Position numbers and translations under genes: made by a program. A stretch of 64,000 nucleotides of DNA from Octopus vulgaris (Eukaryota). The number at the start of each line of letters is the position of its first letter. The stretch's first letter is position 1. The stretch covers positions 25,420,001-25,484,000 of the forward strand of contig OX597817.1 of NCBI GenBank assembly GCA_951406725.2, in the 5' to 3' direction. The notes beneath the pieces were generated by a model. The model did no database searches. It had not been told where the DNA came from and saw only the letters and a list, made by a program, of their open reading frames with translations. Below are positions 42,785-54,346 of this stretch, piece after piece.

Positions 42785-43301
42785 ATTGAAATATTTAAGC
42801 AAGATATAAGTTAGCCGTTATGCAACCATCTAAGGGATAGATGTATCCGTAGGCACTACTGGTGTATTACCTCACTATGTATAGTCCTCGTTATAATGTA
42901 TACGGTAGGTAGTTGGTAATGTAAAGGTAAAGCCGTGGTTTAATATATATAAAGATAAGAAACGGAGCAATGATTAACAATGAGAAGTGGATCATTGGTG
43001 TTTAAAAGTCATTATTTAATTGAATTTGGAACGGTTACAGCTGTTTCTGCTTATCATTTACATTTACCTCGTTACGTTTAATAAACGTCTTCACAATGAT
43101 TAGAGGGAAAAGAAAGGCAAAGAAAAAGAAGAAGAAAAAGAAAAGAGTTAAAGCTAAAGACTTATATTTTATTAACCTATATATATCCACGTTTTAGTAG
43201 ATGCGTGTCAATTGGATGCGTGTCAATGTTCCAAATTCAATTAAATAATGACTTAAACACCAGTGATCCACTTCTCATTGTTAATTATTGCTCCATGTCT
43301 T

Positions 43302-43372
<71 letters not shown>

Positions 43373-43377
<5 letters not shown>

Positions 43378-43559
43378 AATAAATGAAAGAATGGAGTTGA
43401 ACGACGAATTAACAAAATTCCTTTATTTTTGACATATGTTTCCAAGGCTGCATATTCCTAATTTCGAAATTAGGAATATGCAGCCTTCGAAACATATGTT
43501 TGAAAATAAAGGAATTTTGTTAATTCGTCGTTCAACTCCATTCTTTCATTTATTTGTAT
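43373..43559. repeat. Near-perfect spacerless palindrome (~93-bp arms)
   Basis: Centre atttc|gaaat at 43465/43466. Confidence 0.95.
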
Positions 43560-43703
43560 TTAAAAAAACACACAAATTTCCACACGAAAGCACGTGATCT
43601 CTGCCCTAGGCATGTAGCTTCAACCGTGTTTTTCTGACGTGAATTTGCTACCCAGGTATCGGTTAACCGAATTATCCATAATAAGATAATTCATTCAACT
43701 ACT

Positions 43704-43763
<60 letters not shown>

Positions 43764-43782
43764 TAATTTATTATATAGAAGG

Positions 43783-43833
43783 AGCTTCTACAGGACTAGT
43801 ACTGTTTCATTCAAGAGAAATCTTCAGGAAGCT
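43783..43833 (-). ncRNA. Type I hammerhead ribozyme, intact core
   Basis: Exact reverse complement of 45309-45359. Confidence 0.8.
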
Positions 43834-44224
43834 ATTTAACAAGAATTGTATTAGCATTTATACATTTAGGCAGGTTTAAAGGAGTGGTGGTGGGGGACTT
43901 TTTGGGGGTAGGCATAGCGCAAAATATCATACTTGGGGGAGTGGTCAAGGAGTCAGTGGTAAGTTAGATGAAAGAATAGATAAATAAAAAAATAAAAAAA
44001 TAAAAAATAAAAATAAAAAAATAAAATAAAAAAATAAAAAAAATAAAAAATATAAAAAATATATATAAAAAAATATATATATAAAATATATATATAAAAA
44101 AATATATATATAAAAAAAGGGGGGATAGAGTTATAGGTAAATAAGGAGATTCTCACTTATACCTATACACACATGTATACGTATCTACACACACATACAT
44201 ACATACACATATATATACACACAC

Positions 44225-44267
<43 letters not shown>

Positions 44268-45308
44268 CATATGTACACACATACATACATATCTACATAC
44301 ACACATACATACACCCGCCCACATATACAAATTTATACACATGCACATGCCTATACCTGTCTACACATACACACACGTATATATGCATACACTCACTCCC
44401 ATGCATGCACGCATACACACATGTATATATATATATATATATATATATACCCACGACCACACATACATATATACACATAAAATATATTCATACGCACATA
44501 CACTCATGCACACACAACACACCTAGTTCCCTATATACACATATTTACACCTATATATACATACACCCACATACACCTATGTACACATATATATATATAA
44601 ACATATACACGCATACATATATATACATGTGTGCACATACATACATACACACATATATACATACACATACACATACACATGTGTACCTATACATACCTAC
44701 ACATACACACATACATACATACAAATATACATATACATATATATATATACAATCCAATACAGGCCCATTCCCTAATTTTAATTTTATTATCTTCATTTAT
44801 TACTTTTGTTATCTTTGATCGCTAGGGCTAAGAATCCTGGCAATGGCTGCATGTCCATTTGTCTGTCTACTAGAAGGCAAGTACTCATTCCCGCACGCAC
44901 ACTCATTAGCACGTACATTCACCCATTCGTACACTCATACACATACACGTACGCACGCTTTATATTCATACATACAAACATCTACATACGTTCACGTATA
45001 TACACATACGTACTCGTACCTACAGATTCGTGTCTACACTTTAGGAGGCTAGTCTATACATATACACCAATAAATATACATATATATATATATACCCGCA
45101 TATACATACACACACACACATATATACTCCTTTATTTTTTATTTTTTTATTTTTTTATTTATCTATTCTTTCATCTAACTTACCACTGACTCCTTGACCA
45201 CTCCCCCAAGTATGATATTTTGCGCTATGCCTACCCCCAAAAAGTCCCCCACCACCACTCCTTTAAACCTGCCTAAATGTATAAATGCTAATACAATTCT
45301 TGTTAAAT

Positions 45309-45359
45309 AGCTTCCTGAAGATTTCTCTTGAATGAAACAGTACTAGTCCTGTAGAAGCT
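45309..45359 (+). ncRNA. Type I hammerhead ribozyme, intact core
   Basis: agcttc-CTGAAGA-t ttc tctt gaa t-GAAA-cag tactagtc ctg-TA-gaagct. Confidence 0.8.
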
Positions 45360-45442
45360 CCTTCTATATAATAAATTAATTTTACTCTGCTATGTATTGA
45401 GTACCTTACTTACTGTGGTTAACCCCGAATCAACCCGGGACC

Positions 45443-45493
<51 letters not shown>

Positions 45494-45541
45494 AAACAAG
45501 TCAAAATAGAAAATGCTAAAATAATTTTATAAAGAACATTT

Positions 45542-45579
45542 CAGTACCGGTTTCGGTCATTTTGAGACCTTTTCAACTG
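45542..45579 (-). ncRNA. Degenerate hammerhead
   Basis: Minus strand cag-TTGAAAA-ggtc tcaaaat gacc-GAAA-CCGG-TA-ctg. Confidence 0.5.
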
Positions 45580-45696
45580 TAACGATTAAATAATTAAATT
45601 TAGAAAAATTAGAAGAAAAGTTTTTTTAAAGGAATATTTGTATAGTGTTCAGATATAAGTGGCATTCTGCCTTTCTCTGACTCCCTTGTTTGCACT

Positions 45697-45755
<59 letters not shown>

Positions 45756-45757
<2 letters not shown>

Positions 45758-46066
45758 ATGGTACGACAAGGCACCAATGTTTGTTGAAAAATACAGTAGA
45801 TAACGATATGACGACATGTAAAGCATCACTGAAATATATACAGGCAAAGATGTATGCGAGCAGCGAACATAGAAATGTTTGCCTTACCTCTGGGCAGAAC
45901 ATCGGAACCTAGATTATCAGCTTTTACCTATCGGTAAAACGAAAATTTTTTATGTTCGCTTTCCGCATACATCTTTGCCAGTATATATTTCAATGAAGCT
46001 TTACAGAGCGGCGTATCGTTATCGACTGTTATTTCCAGTAAACATTGGAGCCTTGTCGTATCACTA
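45756..46066. repeat. Imperfect inverted repeat, ~120-bp arms (MITE or hairpin-like)
   Basis: tacgacaaggcaccaatgttt..ggcaaagatgtatgcg vs cgcatacatctttgcc..aaacattggagccttgtcgta. Confidence 0.8.
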
Positions 46067-46143
46067 TTTCTTATTCATAATTCTACCTGTACGATGATTT
46101 ATTTGGCTGGAAGTGATACTATTGTATTGCAATGATAGCTAGA

Positions 46144-46190
<47 letters not shown>

Positions 46191-46259
46191 GGCTTAGAGA
46201 AGAAGATGAAACGAAACGAAACGAAACGAAACGAAACGAAACGAAACGAATCGAATCGA

Positions 46260-46570
46260 ATCGACGCGAGGGCGCTCAGTCATACAATAGTGTAATAAAT
46301 AAAATATATGCATACATACATACATATATGTACGTACCTACATCTACATGTATATATACATGCATATATAAATATATATACGTGAGTACAGGACACCACA
46401 ATTAGACGTAGAACTAAACGGGAAACGAAAAACGAAAACGAAAAAGTAAAAACAAACAGGGAACGGACCATTTTTTTAAACAATGAAAAAACAGGATACA
46501 AGACAAACTACACAGGAAAAATCCCCTTCATCAGCTGTCCCTAGTTCAACTCCAGCGTGTTTCGAAGACA
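46260..46570. repeat. Family F dispersed repeat
   Basis: Similarity to 20330-20655. Confidence 0.7.
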
Positions 46571-46794
46571 CACATATACATATATATACACACACATATA
46601 TATATACATATATATATACACACACATATATATATATACATATATATATGTATATATATGTGTGTGTATGTATATATATATATATATGTATGTATAACGG
46701 GAAGCTTTATGAAAATAGACAAAAGACGAAGGCAGGTGGAAAACAAACAAACAATTGTATTAGTATGGCGCTCAGGAAATATAAATAAAACAAG

Positions 46795-46832
46795 TCTTTA
46801 ACGTTTCGAGCCTACGCTCTTCAACAGAAAGA
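46795..46832 (-). ncRNA. Minimal hammerhead (A6U variant) in Penelope 3' repeat
   Basis: Minus strand tcttt-CTGTTGA-a-gagc gtag gctc-GAAA-CG-TT-aaaga. Confidence 0.65.
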
Positions 46833-47343
46833 TACACAGAGAGAAAAAAAACACAGAAAGAAGGAGAGAAAAAAATGCGTGCAGTAACTAACGAATCAAC
46901 ATGGCGATCTGATTTCGGCCAGAGGTCAAAGATCAAACATGAGACGCGAGAGCGAAATAAGGGGAGATAATAGGGTTGATAATAGGGTTGAATGACCAGC
47001 TATTAGTGCGTAGGAGAGGTCTGGACGTGTGTATGTATAGGGTTGGTGTATGTATTAGTATGTATTAGTATGTATAAGGGTGTCTGTGTGTGTGTGTGTA
47101 TGAGAGAGTATTAGTCCGTAGGATAGGTCTGGACGTGCGTATGTATGGGGTTGGTGTATGTATTAGTATGTATTAGTATGTATTAGTACGTATTAGTATG
47201 TATAAGTGTGTGTGTGTGTGTATGAGAGAGTATAAGTGCGTAGGATAGGTCTGGACGTGCGTATGTATGGGGTTGGTGTATGTATTAGTATGTATTAGTA
47301 CGTATTAGTATGTATTAGTTGGTGTATGTATTAGTATGGCACA

Positions 47344-48702
47344 TCATATATGATGTGATGTGTAAAGTCGTGTGGTGTAGTGAGGAGAAGAGGGGGAGGG
47401 GAAGAAGAGGGGGAGGAGAGGGGGGAAGAGGAGAGGAGGGGAGAGAGAGGAGGGGGAGAATGAAGGGGAGGAGGAGGGGGAGGAAGGAGGAAAGAGGGAG
47501 AGGGGGAGAGAGAAGGGGAGTGAGGGAGCAGAGGGAAGGGGAAGAGAGAAGGAGGGAGGGAGAAAGAGGGAAGAAGGGAAGGGGAGTAGGGGTGAAAGGA
47601 TGAAGGACTGAAGAAGTAGGGGTCGGGGGGAAGGATAGGTTAGGAGGGGGGAGAGGGGGGTTAGATGAGGAGGGGGAGAGTTGAGACCAAATGGCGTATA
47701 AGAGCGAAGAGAGAAGATTAATTCTTGTTCACGGCGCAAACGGGAATCTGGATGGCCTCTGTGTAAGGACAAACCGAACACAGATAGGTGTTGCAAGGAG
47801 TGACCGGTGGAGCGGAAATGGCGTGAGACCGGTGTGTCGTTCGCAAGGTGGATGTCACGAAGGTGTTCCGCGAACCGGTCAGCCAAGCGGCGTCCCGTTT
47901 GTCCGATGTACAAGGAATGGCAGAGAGAGCAAGAGACGCAATAGATAATATTGCTGGAGGTGCAGGTGAAGGAGTGGATGATGGGATAGGGTCGATGGTG
48001 GGTGCTAGTGAGGAGGGTGGTGTTGGAGAGGTAAGGGCAAGTGCGGCAACGTGGGCGGGAGCAGGGGAACGAGCCGGGTTGGGAGGTAGGGTCAGGGAAG
48101 GAGCTATGGACCAAAAGGTCTCGAAGGTTGTGGGCTCGTTTGAAAGAGGAGAGGGGTCGGTTAGGGAAGAGGTGTGAAGTGGACGGGTCGGACTGGAGAT
48201 GACGGAAAGCTCGAAGAATGGTGCGTTGGAGACGTAGGGTCGTGGGGTGGTAAGTGAGGGGAAAAGGGAGGCGGGAGACTACAGGGCGGGTTCGGGGAGA
48301 GAGAGCAGATACACGGTCCACGGACCGTGCTCTGGCAAGGGCGGTGTGGATAGTGGTGAGGGGGTATCCACGTAGGGTGAAGTGGTGAGCCATACGTTGA
48401 GACTGAGTCTCAAAGTCATGGTCGTCACTACAGAGCCTACGTAGACGGAGGAATTGGGAATAGGGGATGGAAAGCTTGGTGTGTTCTGGGTGGGAGGAAG
48501 AGAAGTTGAGGTATGAGTGTGAGTCTGTGTGTTTGTAGTGAATGGAGGTGGTAAGAGTAGAGTGAAGAATGCTAACCGAAATGTCGAGGAAGGAGACAGA
48601 GGTGTTGGAGATAGTGGAAGTGAAGTGGAGGGCTGGATGGAAAGATTGGACGAAAGAGAGGAAAGAATCTAGATGTTCACGGGAGAGTGAGGTGGCACCG
48701 AT
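47344..48702 (-). CDS. Partial Penelope-like RT (C-terminal part) plus GIY-YIG endonuclease
   Basis: VSFLDISV, HYKHTDSHSYLNFSSSHP..SIPYSQFLRLRRLCS, CSRPRCRTC, NIIYCVSCSLCHSLYIGQTGRRLADRFAEH, REQELI..GLN; RT catalytic core absent. Confidence 0.88.
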   Translation of the reverse strand: MGATSLSREHLDSFLSFVQSFHPALHFTSTISNTSVSFLDISVSILHSTLTTSIHYKHTDSHSYLNFSSSHPEHTKLSIPYSQFLRLRRLCSDDHDFETQSQRMAHHFTLRGYPLTTIHTALARARSVDRVSALSPRTRPVVSRLPFPLTYHPTTLRLQRTILRAFRHLQSDPSTSHLFPNRPLSSFKRAHNLRDLLVHSSFPDPTSQPGSFPCSRPRCRTCPYLSNTTLLTSTHHRPYPIIHSFTCTSSNIIYCVSCSLCHSLYIGQTGRRLADRFAEHLRDIHLANDTPVSRHFRSTGHSLQHLSVFGLSLHRGHPDSRLRREQELIFSLRSYTPFGLNSPPPHLTPLSPLLTYPSPRPLLLQSFILSPLLPFPSSLFLPPSFSLPLPSAPSLPFSLPLSLFPPSSPSSSPSFSPSSLSPPLLFPPLLPLFFPSPSSPHYTTRLYTSHHI

Positions 48703-48924
48703 ATATGTATATATACATTTGTGTGTGTCTTTGTATCTTAGTTTGTCCCCACCACCGCTTGACAACCGGTGTTAGTGTGTTTACTTTCACGTAAATTAGC
48801 GGTTTAGCAAAAGCAACCGATAGAAGTACTGGGGTCGATTAATCCGTCTGAAACCAAATCCAAGGCGGTGCCCTTGCATGGCCCCAGTCTAATACCTGAA
48901 ATATATATATATATATATATATAT

Positions 48925-49213
48925 CACCGTCACCGTCACCGACCAGGCTATCAAGATGTTGCTACACATCGCTGGTCACAATGCGGATCGCATTGTTTTA
49001 GCCTTCAAATCACGCCACCCCGCTGGGTAAGCGAGCAGGCCAACAGAAGAAAGAGTGAGAGAAAGTTGTGGCGAAAGAGTACAGCAGGGGTCGCAGCCAC
49101 GCCCTGCCGGAGCCTCGTGGAGCTTTAGGTGTTTTCGCTCAATAAACACTCACAACGCCTGGTCTGGTAATCAAAACCGCGATCCTACAACCGCGAGTCC
49201 GCTGCCCTAACCA
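48925..49213 (-). mobile_element. SINE family C, tail type 3
   Basis: Family C head; distinct tail ending (GGTGAC)n. Confidence 0.8.
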
Positions 49214-50419
49214 TAAGCTTTAACCTTATATAGAAATACCATTATTATTATTTACAGGATTGTAAACTCGGCGCCATATAAAAAACCATTCGTATCAAAA
49301 GCATATTCGTTGGTGTAAAGGTAACACAGTCACGTTAACAAGGGGATGTGGGTTCGACTCCTACGCGGATGGGAAAGCCTTCTCTTTTTTCTGTCGATGG
49401 CTTCTATACCCCTTTGTTAAACTATTTCCCTTAGTCGTTGCATGGTGATCGCCATAAGCTTTAAGCTTATATAAAAATACCATTATTATTATTTACAAGA
49501 TTGTAATATACGGCGCCGTATAAAATAAAAAAAAACATCCGCACCTAAAGTATATATATAATAATAAAAGGTGTAAACAATCACATTCACTGGAAAACAA
49601 AGGTTATTGATGCATGAAATGTAATTCGTGAATATTTGCTTTTATGATCCCATGTCTGTTTCCAAAATAGGTTCATAAATATATCCTGTTAATAATGCAA
49701 GCGATCGGATTGCCTTCTCAGAGGTATTTGTTGCTGCACAAAGTTCACTTGAATTGTGAAATACTTGAGATATCATAAGAAGATGCCATGCCAATTGGTG
49801 CCTATTGAAGCAACATAATGAAGGTGTACTGAAAATAGAATGAAGGAATTTTACCTATCCTTATTACGAAATTACGTAATGTTACTGTTGTAACTACTGG
49901 TGGAATTGATTTTCTTTTTTATCACCTAAGCAGCATGTTGGCTAAATAATACCTGTGATTACTAAATTTCATTAAACCAACTTAATTACACTTTTGTATC
50001 ATATTTTACTAAGCATAGCACACCTAACTTAAAATCTTCTCGTTTCTAAATGAGTCCCTGTGTAACGATAGGTAGCTAACGGCAGAAGAATGGCGAATAG
50101 AAAAGTCACGTGATTTTAAGAGCAGTTGATATATTGTCATAGCTTGCAAAATGTTTCAATTAGAGAACCGGTATACAAGTTAACCATTTTCCAAATTTTG
50201 TTTTTGCACTTACATCAAAAGTTATTAATGTTTTATTAGCAAAGTGACACTAAAAATGTTGATGACGCCAATAATATAAATAATCCTTTCTCCTGGAAGC
50301 ACAAGGCTTCAAATTTGAGGGAAAGAATTAAGACGATTACATCGACCCCAGTGCTTATCTAATATTTATTTCAACAACCCCGAAAGGATGAGAGGCAAAG
50401 TTAATAATAATAATAGATG

Positions 50420-50526
50420 CAGGTGCCTGGTGTACCCTTATCAGACGGGTAGTCATGATGGGTATACTGGGCTTTGTATATTTTTACCCCAGTGTCACTT
50501 TGATGGCATGCACTGCTCTCTCACTC

Positions 50527-50527
<1 letters not shown>
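50420..50527 (+). mobile_element. 5'-truncated family E copy between TAA arrays
   Basis: Matches 352-450. Confidence 0.85.
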
Positions 50528-50579
<52 letters not shown>

Positions 50580-51189
50580 TGATAATGATAATAATAATAA
50601 CAATAATGATAATAATAATAATAATTATTATTATTATTATTATTATTATTATAGGAAGGAGAAGAAGAAGAAGAAGAAGAAGAAGAAGAAGAAGAAGAAG
50701 AAGAAGAAGAAGAAGAAGCAAGAAGAAGAAGAAGAAGAAGAAGAAGAAGAAGAAGAAGAAGAAGAAGAAGAAGAAGAAGAAGAAGAAGAAGAAGAAGAAG
50801 AATAATGATAATATTTTTAAAAGGTTTGACATAAATCTTCACTAAGGTAAACAGTCAAGACGAAGAGCGCGATTCGATTGTTATAGATATTTTATTGGTT
50901 GAACGATATTTCAACAGTAATTCTGACTTGATCAAGTTCAAAACAAGAAGTGATAAAAATTCAAAATTATAAAAATTTAAACATAAAGTATGAACGAGAG
51001 CAACCAGCATCCACACGTTGATGGAATGACATCATCAGTTTTTAAGTTTTAATTATACAACAAGCGAAAAGAAAAAGACAAAAAAGGGAAACAGAAAAAA
51101 AAACAGAAAAAAAGAGGAAAGAAAAAAGAATACAAGCACCGCCACGATAAGGTGTGTGTGTATCTTCATTGGCTCTTATGCCGTAAATA

Positions 51190-51705
51190 TCAATACGAAG
51201 TAACAGTGAACTGGTATGAGTATGTACCAAGTAAAGTTATGCAGGAGGATGAAAAAGTAACGATACTCTGAGACAACGATTTTCAGACGGATCGTGTAAT
51301 CGAACACCGTCGGCCGGATATTGTCATATTGAATAAGAGAGACAAATACTGTTAGATCATTGATGTAGCTATGCCAAATGACATGAATTTTGTGAGTAAA
51401 GAGGTTGAAAAAGTCGCCAAGTTCTCGAATTGAAAGTGGAAATGGCAAGACTATATAGAAGGCGAGAGGGTAATGTAAAAGTAATATCAGTGGTGATCGT
51501 AGCGTTGGGCTCAATCCCATTGCAACTTCAAACATCCTTAAGGCAACTGGAACTCCCATGCGAGATTGATGTCTTGCAAAAAGCAGCCTTATTGGGCACA
51601 GCGCATATCTTAAAGAAAGCATTATCTGTCTGAGGTCCTTGTTGTGATTTGACAAATGACTATAGACTCTGGTACATTTTTACCTACACTGTGTACGAAG
51701 GAACA
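51190..51705 (+). pseudogene. R4/Dong-like LINE endonuclease end with (TAA)n tail
   Basis: IEHRRPDIVILNK..IIDVAMP; VVIVALGSIP..LQKAALLGTAHILKKALSV*. Confidence 0.85.
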
Positions 51706-51726
51706 GCAATAATAATAATAATAATA

Positions 51727-51790
<64 letters not shown>

Positions 51791-51828
51791 CAACAGCAAT
51801 AATAGTAATAATAATAATAATGATGATG

Positions 51829-51923
<95 letters not shown>

Positions 51924-52917
51924 AAGATGAAGAACAACAACAACAACAGCAACGCTTGTACCCGAAAATTGTATAAAACGAATAGCAGTCAATTGTTGGT
52001 GTAAATAATTATTTCAAATCGCTGTTTCATGAAATGGAACAAAAACTTAGCAAGGAGAACGGTGGCGATTAGCAAGAGAAGGAAAAAGATGGCAAAGTGA
52101 ATGGAACATTTGATAAACGTGGAATCATAATTATTGTATATACATATATGTTTCCTGATATTATTATCTTTAGTGACATAAGTACACGTCAAAATTAACC
52201 GTCATATGACGGATGACACGCAAGTATAATACTCACACAAACATTCATAAATATATGTGGATTTCCTAGATCTTTCTATTCGGCAATCCAAAAGAGATGG
52301 GCTCTCGTTAGGAGCCAGTGAAACTTGAAGTTGTTCGGAGCCGAATCAAACTGTTTAAATAGTATATATAAATATCAATATATATGGCGGGGTGGGGGGT
52401 ATGTATCTACGAATGTATATAAGGGAAAATTGGGAGGGCGTAAATGCTAGATAATAAAAGATTCAGTAATGAACGTGAAATAGAAAAGAATCAATAACTA
52501 TGACGAATAAAAGTGGGGGAAGTTACTGTAAAATAAGAATTTTTTTCTGCTGGCTTGTACATACTGAGTCATGATTCCGAGCAAGAAATCGTTACCAAAT
52601 TTCAGCAAATATATTCTTGCGTTGGTCGATTAAAGATAATAGTGTAAGACATTCTATTAACACTGTCATGTTTATAAACCCTCGAGGGTCATGGAATGAG
52701 GTTTTCATGAGCCGAATTTCAATTTATAGATTGCAACAAAAAAATGTCTAATGTGCATCGAATATTCATAATTAGATTTTTATCAATGTTGATGTTTAAT
52801 CAGAAAATTTCAGCCTTTATCTCTCATGTATGTATGTGTGTGTGTGTGCGCGAGTGTCTGTGTGCTGACACACACACACACACATGCATATACACATATA
52901 TATAAATGTATGCATAA

Positions 52918-52960
<43 letters not shown>

Positions 52961-53608
52961 GATGTGTGTAACTATTTATATGCCTCCTTATATAATTTTA
53001 TACGTAAGTGTTTGTCTGTGCCTGTTGTTTGCTTGTGTACATTTATACATATAAAAAGCGAGTTTCTTTGATATATTTGGATAATTATACTGCTAAATAA
53101 ATTTATTTTATTTACCCATTGATTCATCATGGTTGTAATATTAATTCTATACATGTTGTGTATGTGTGTGTGTATAGATAAATAGATAGATATATATAGA
53201 TAGAGCAAGAGTATTTATGTGAATGAAGTGTTTTCACAAGCCGCCTTTTATACATATCTAACTATGCAAAGTTGTGTAATACCCTCCTATGGGCATTGTT
53301 GAGCTAATGTACTTACATAAAGACGAATGCATGTAAGGGAAACCAATACTGTAGCACGTACTCTACATTGATGTATTACCATGTCACATATCCACATGTT
53401 ATTGGAAATAATGGCTAGTATAGCATTAATACCTAGCACTGGTAATTTATGAATGAGACAACTATAATCAATAAGAATATAAAATTTGTCTTATAGTTCT
53501 TTCTTAGATAAAGATTTCTTATATTTGTATGAAGCCTTTCTTTTTATTAGTGAATAAGTTTCACGCCGTCAAAATCACTTAGTTATTTTAGAACAGCATC
53601 ATTAGTTA

Positions 53609-53658
<50 letters not shown>

Positions 53659-53661
<3 letters not shown>

Positions 53662-53825
53662 AAAATTCACAAAACAAAAACAAAAGACGAAGGTAGGCGG
53701 TGTAGACAACAAACAGATGTATTAGTATAACGCTCGGGAAGTGAAAAAGTATTTAACGTTTCGTACCTACGCTCTTCCACAGAAAGAACACAGAAAGAAA
53801 CAAGGAGAGAAAATAAAGAATGTAC
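53659..53825 (-). mobile_element. Solo copy related to the Penelope 3' repeat, with decayed hammerhead
   Basis: acaaaagacgaagg..tgtattagtat..cgctc..ttaacgtttcg as at 46700-46870; (TA)n on both sides. Confidence 0.75.
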
Positions 53826-54228
53826 ATATATATATATATATATATATATCTTCTATTCTTTTAGTCGTTTCAGTCATGCAGCTGTGGTCATGCTGGTGCA
53901 CCACCGTGGTCTTTTTGGTTTCCTCAGTCTGGGATGTTTCACATCACCACTTCTGTATGCGCCTTTGCCCCAGCTGTTGGCCCATTTGGTGTATAAGGGA
54001 GTTTGATTCCGCTGCCTTTCGTATGCACCTCATGTCAGGCTGTTGGTTCATCCTGTATTTTGGTGCGCTAATGCAGTTGTTAACGCAGATCAATGAAAAC
54101 ATATAAACTAACACGGACCATAATTGTCCGAAAAATGCCGGACAAGAATTCTTAAAACTAAGCATTTATATTAATTTTGTGTATAGACTTTAGCGACTCG
54201 CTAAAGCATCCATTACTTTAGATGACGA

Positions 54229-54259
<31 letters not shown>

Positions 54260-54296
54260 CGAGAACAAGTCCGGAAAGAGCCGAACACCTGGCTGG

Positions 54297-54346
54297 CTTA
54301 GCTGATGATGGCAACAGAAACTGCCGAAACTGACATCAGCCTTAAG
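54297..54346 (+). ncRNA. Hammerhead motif with U16.1C variant
   Basis: cttag-CTGATGA-t-ggca acagaaac tgcc-GAAA-ctga ca tcag-CC-ttaag. Confidence 0.65.

Larger units (their letters stand above)
43763..45446. mobile_element. Non-coding element with ~248-bp near-identical inverted arms (43763-44010, 45132-45379), pLTR-like
   Basis: Arms are reverse complements, each has a hammerhead; flanked by (TA)n. Confidence 0.85.
46697..48702 (-). mobile_element. 5'-truncated Penelope-like retroelement
   Basis: RT thumb and GIY-YIG ORF, repetitive 3' UTR, hammerhead-bearing terminal region, TA-rich flanks. Confidence 0.9.

Noticed and set aside
48703-48765. Start of the 473-aa ORF as a genuine N-terminus
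   Set aside because: These codons come from an adjacent SINE-A fragment and microsatellite; the RT core is missing
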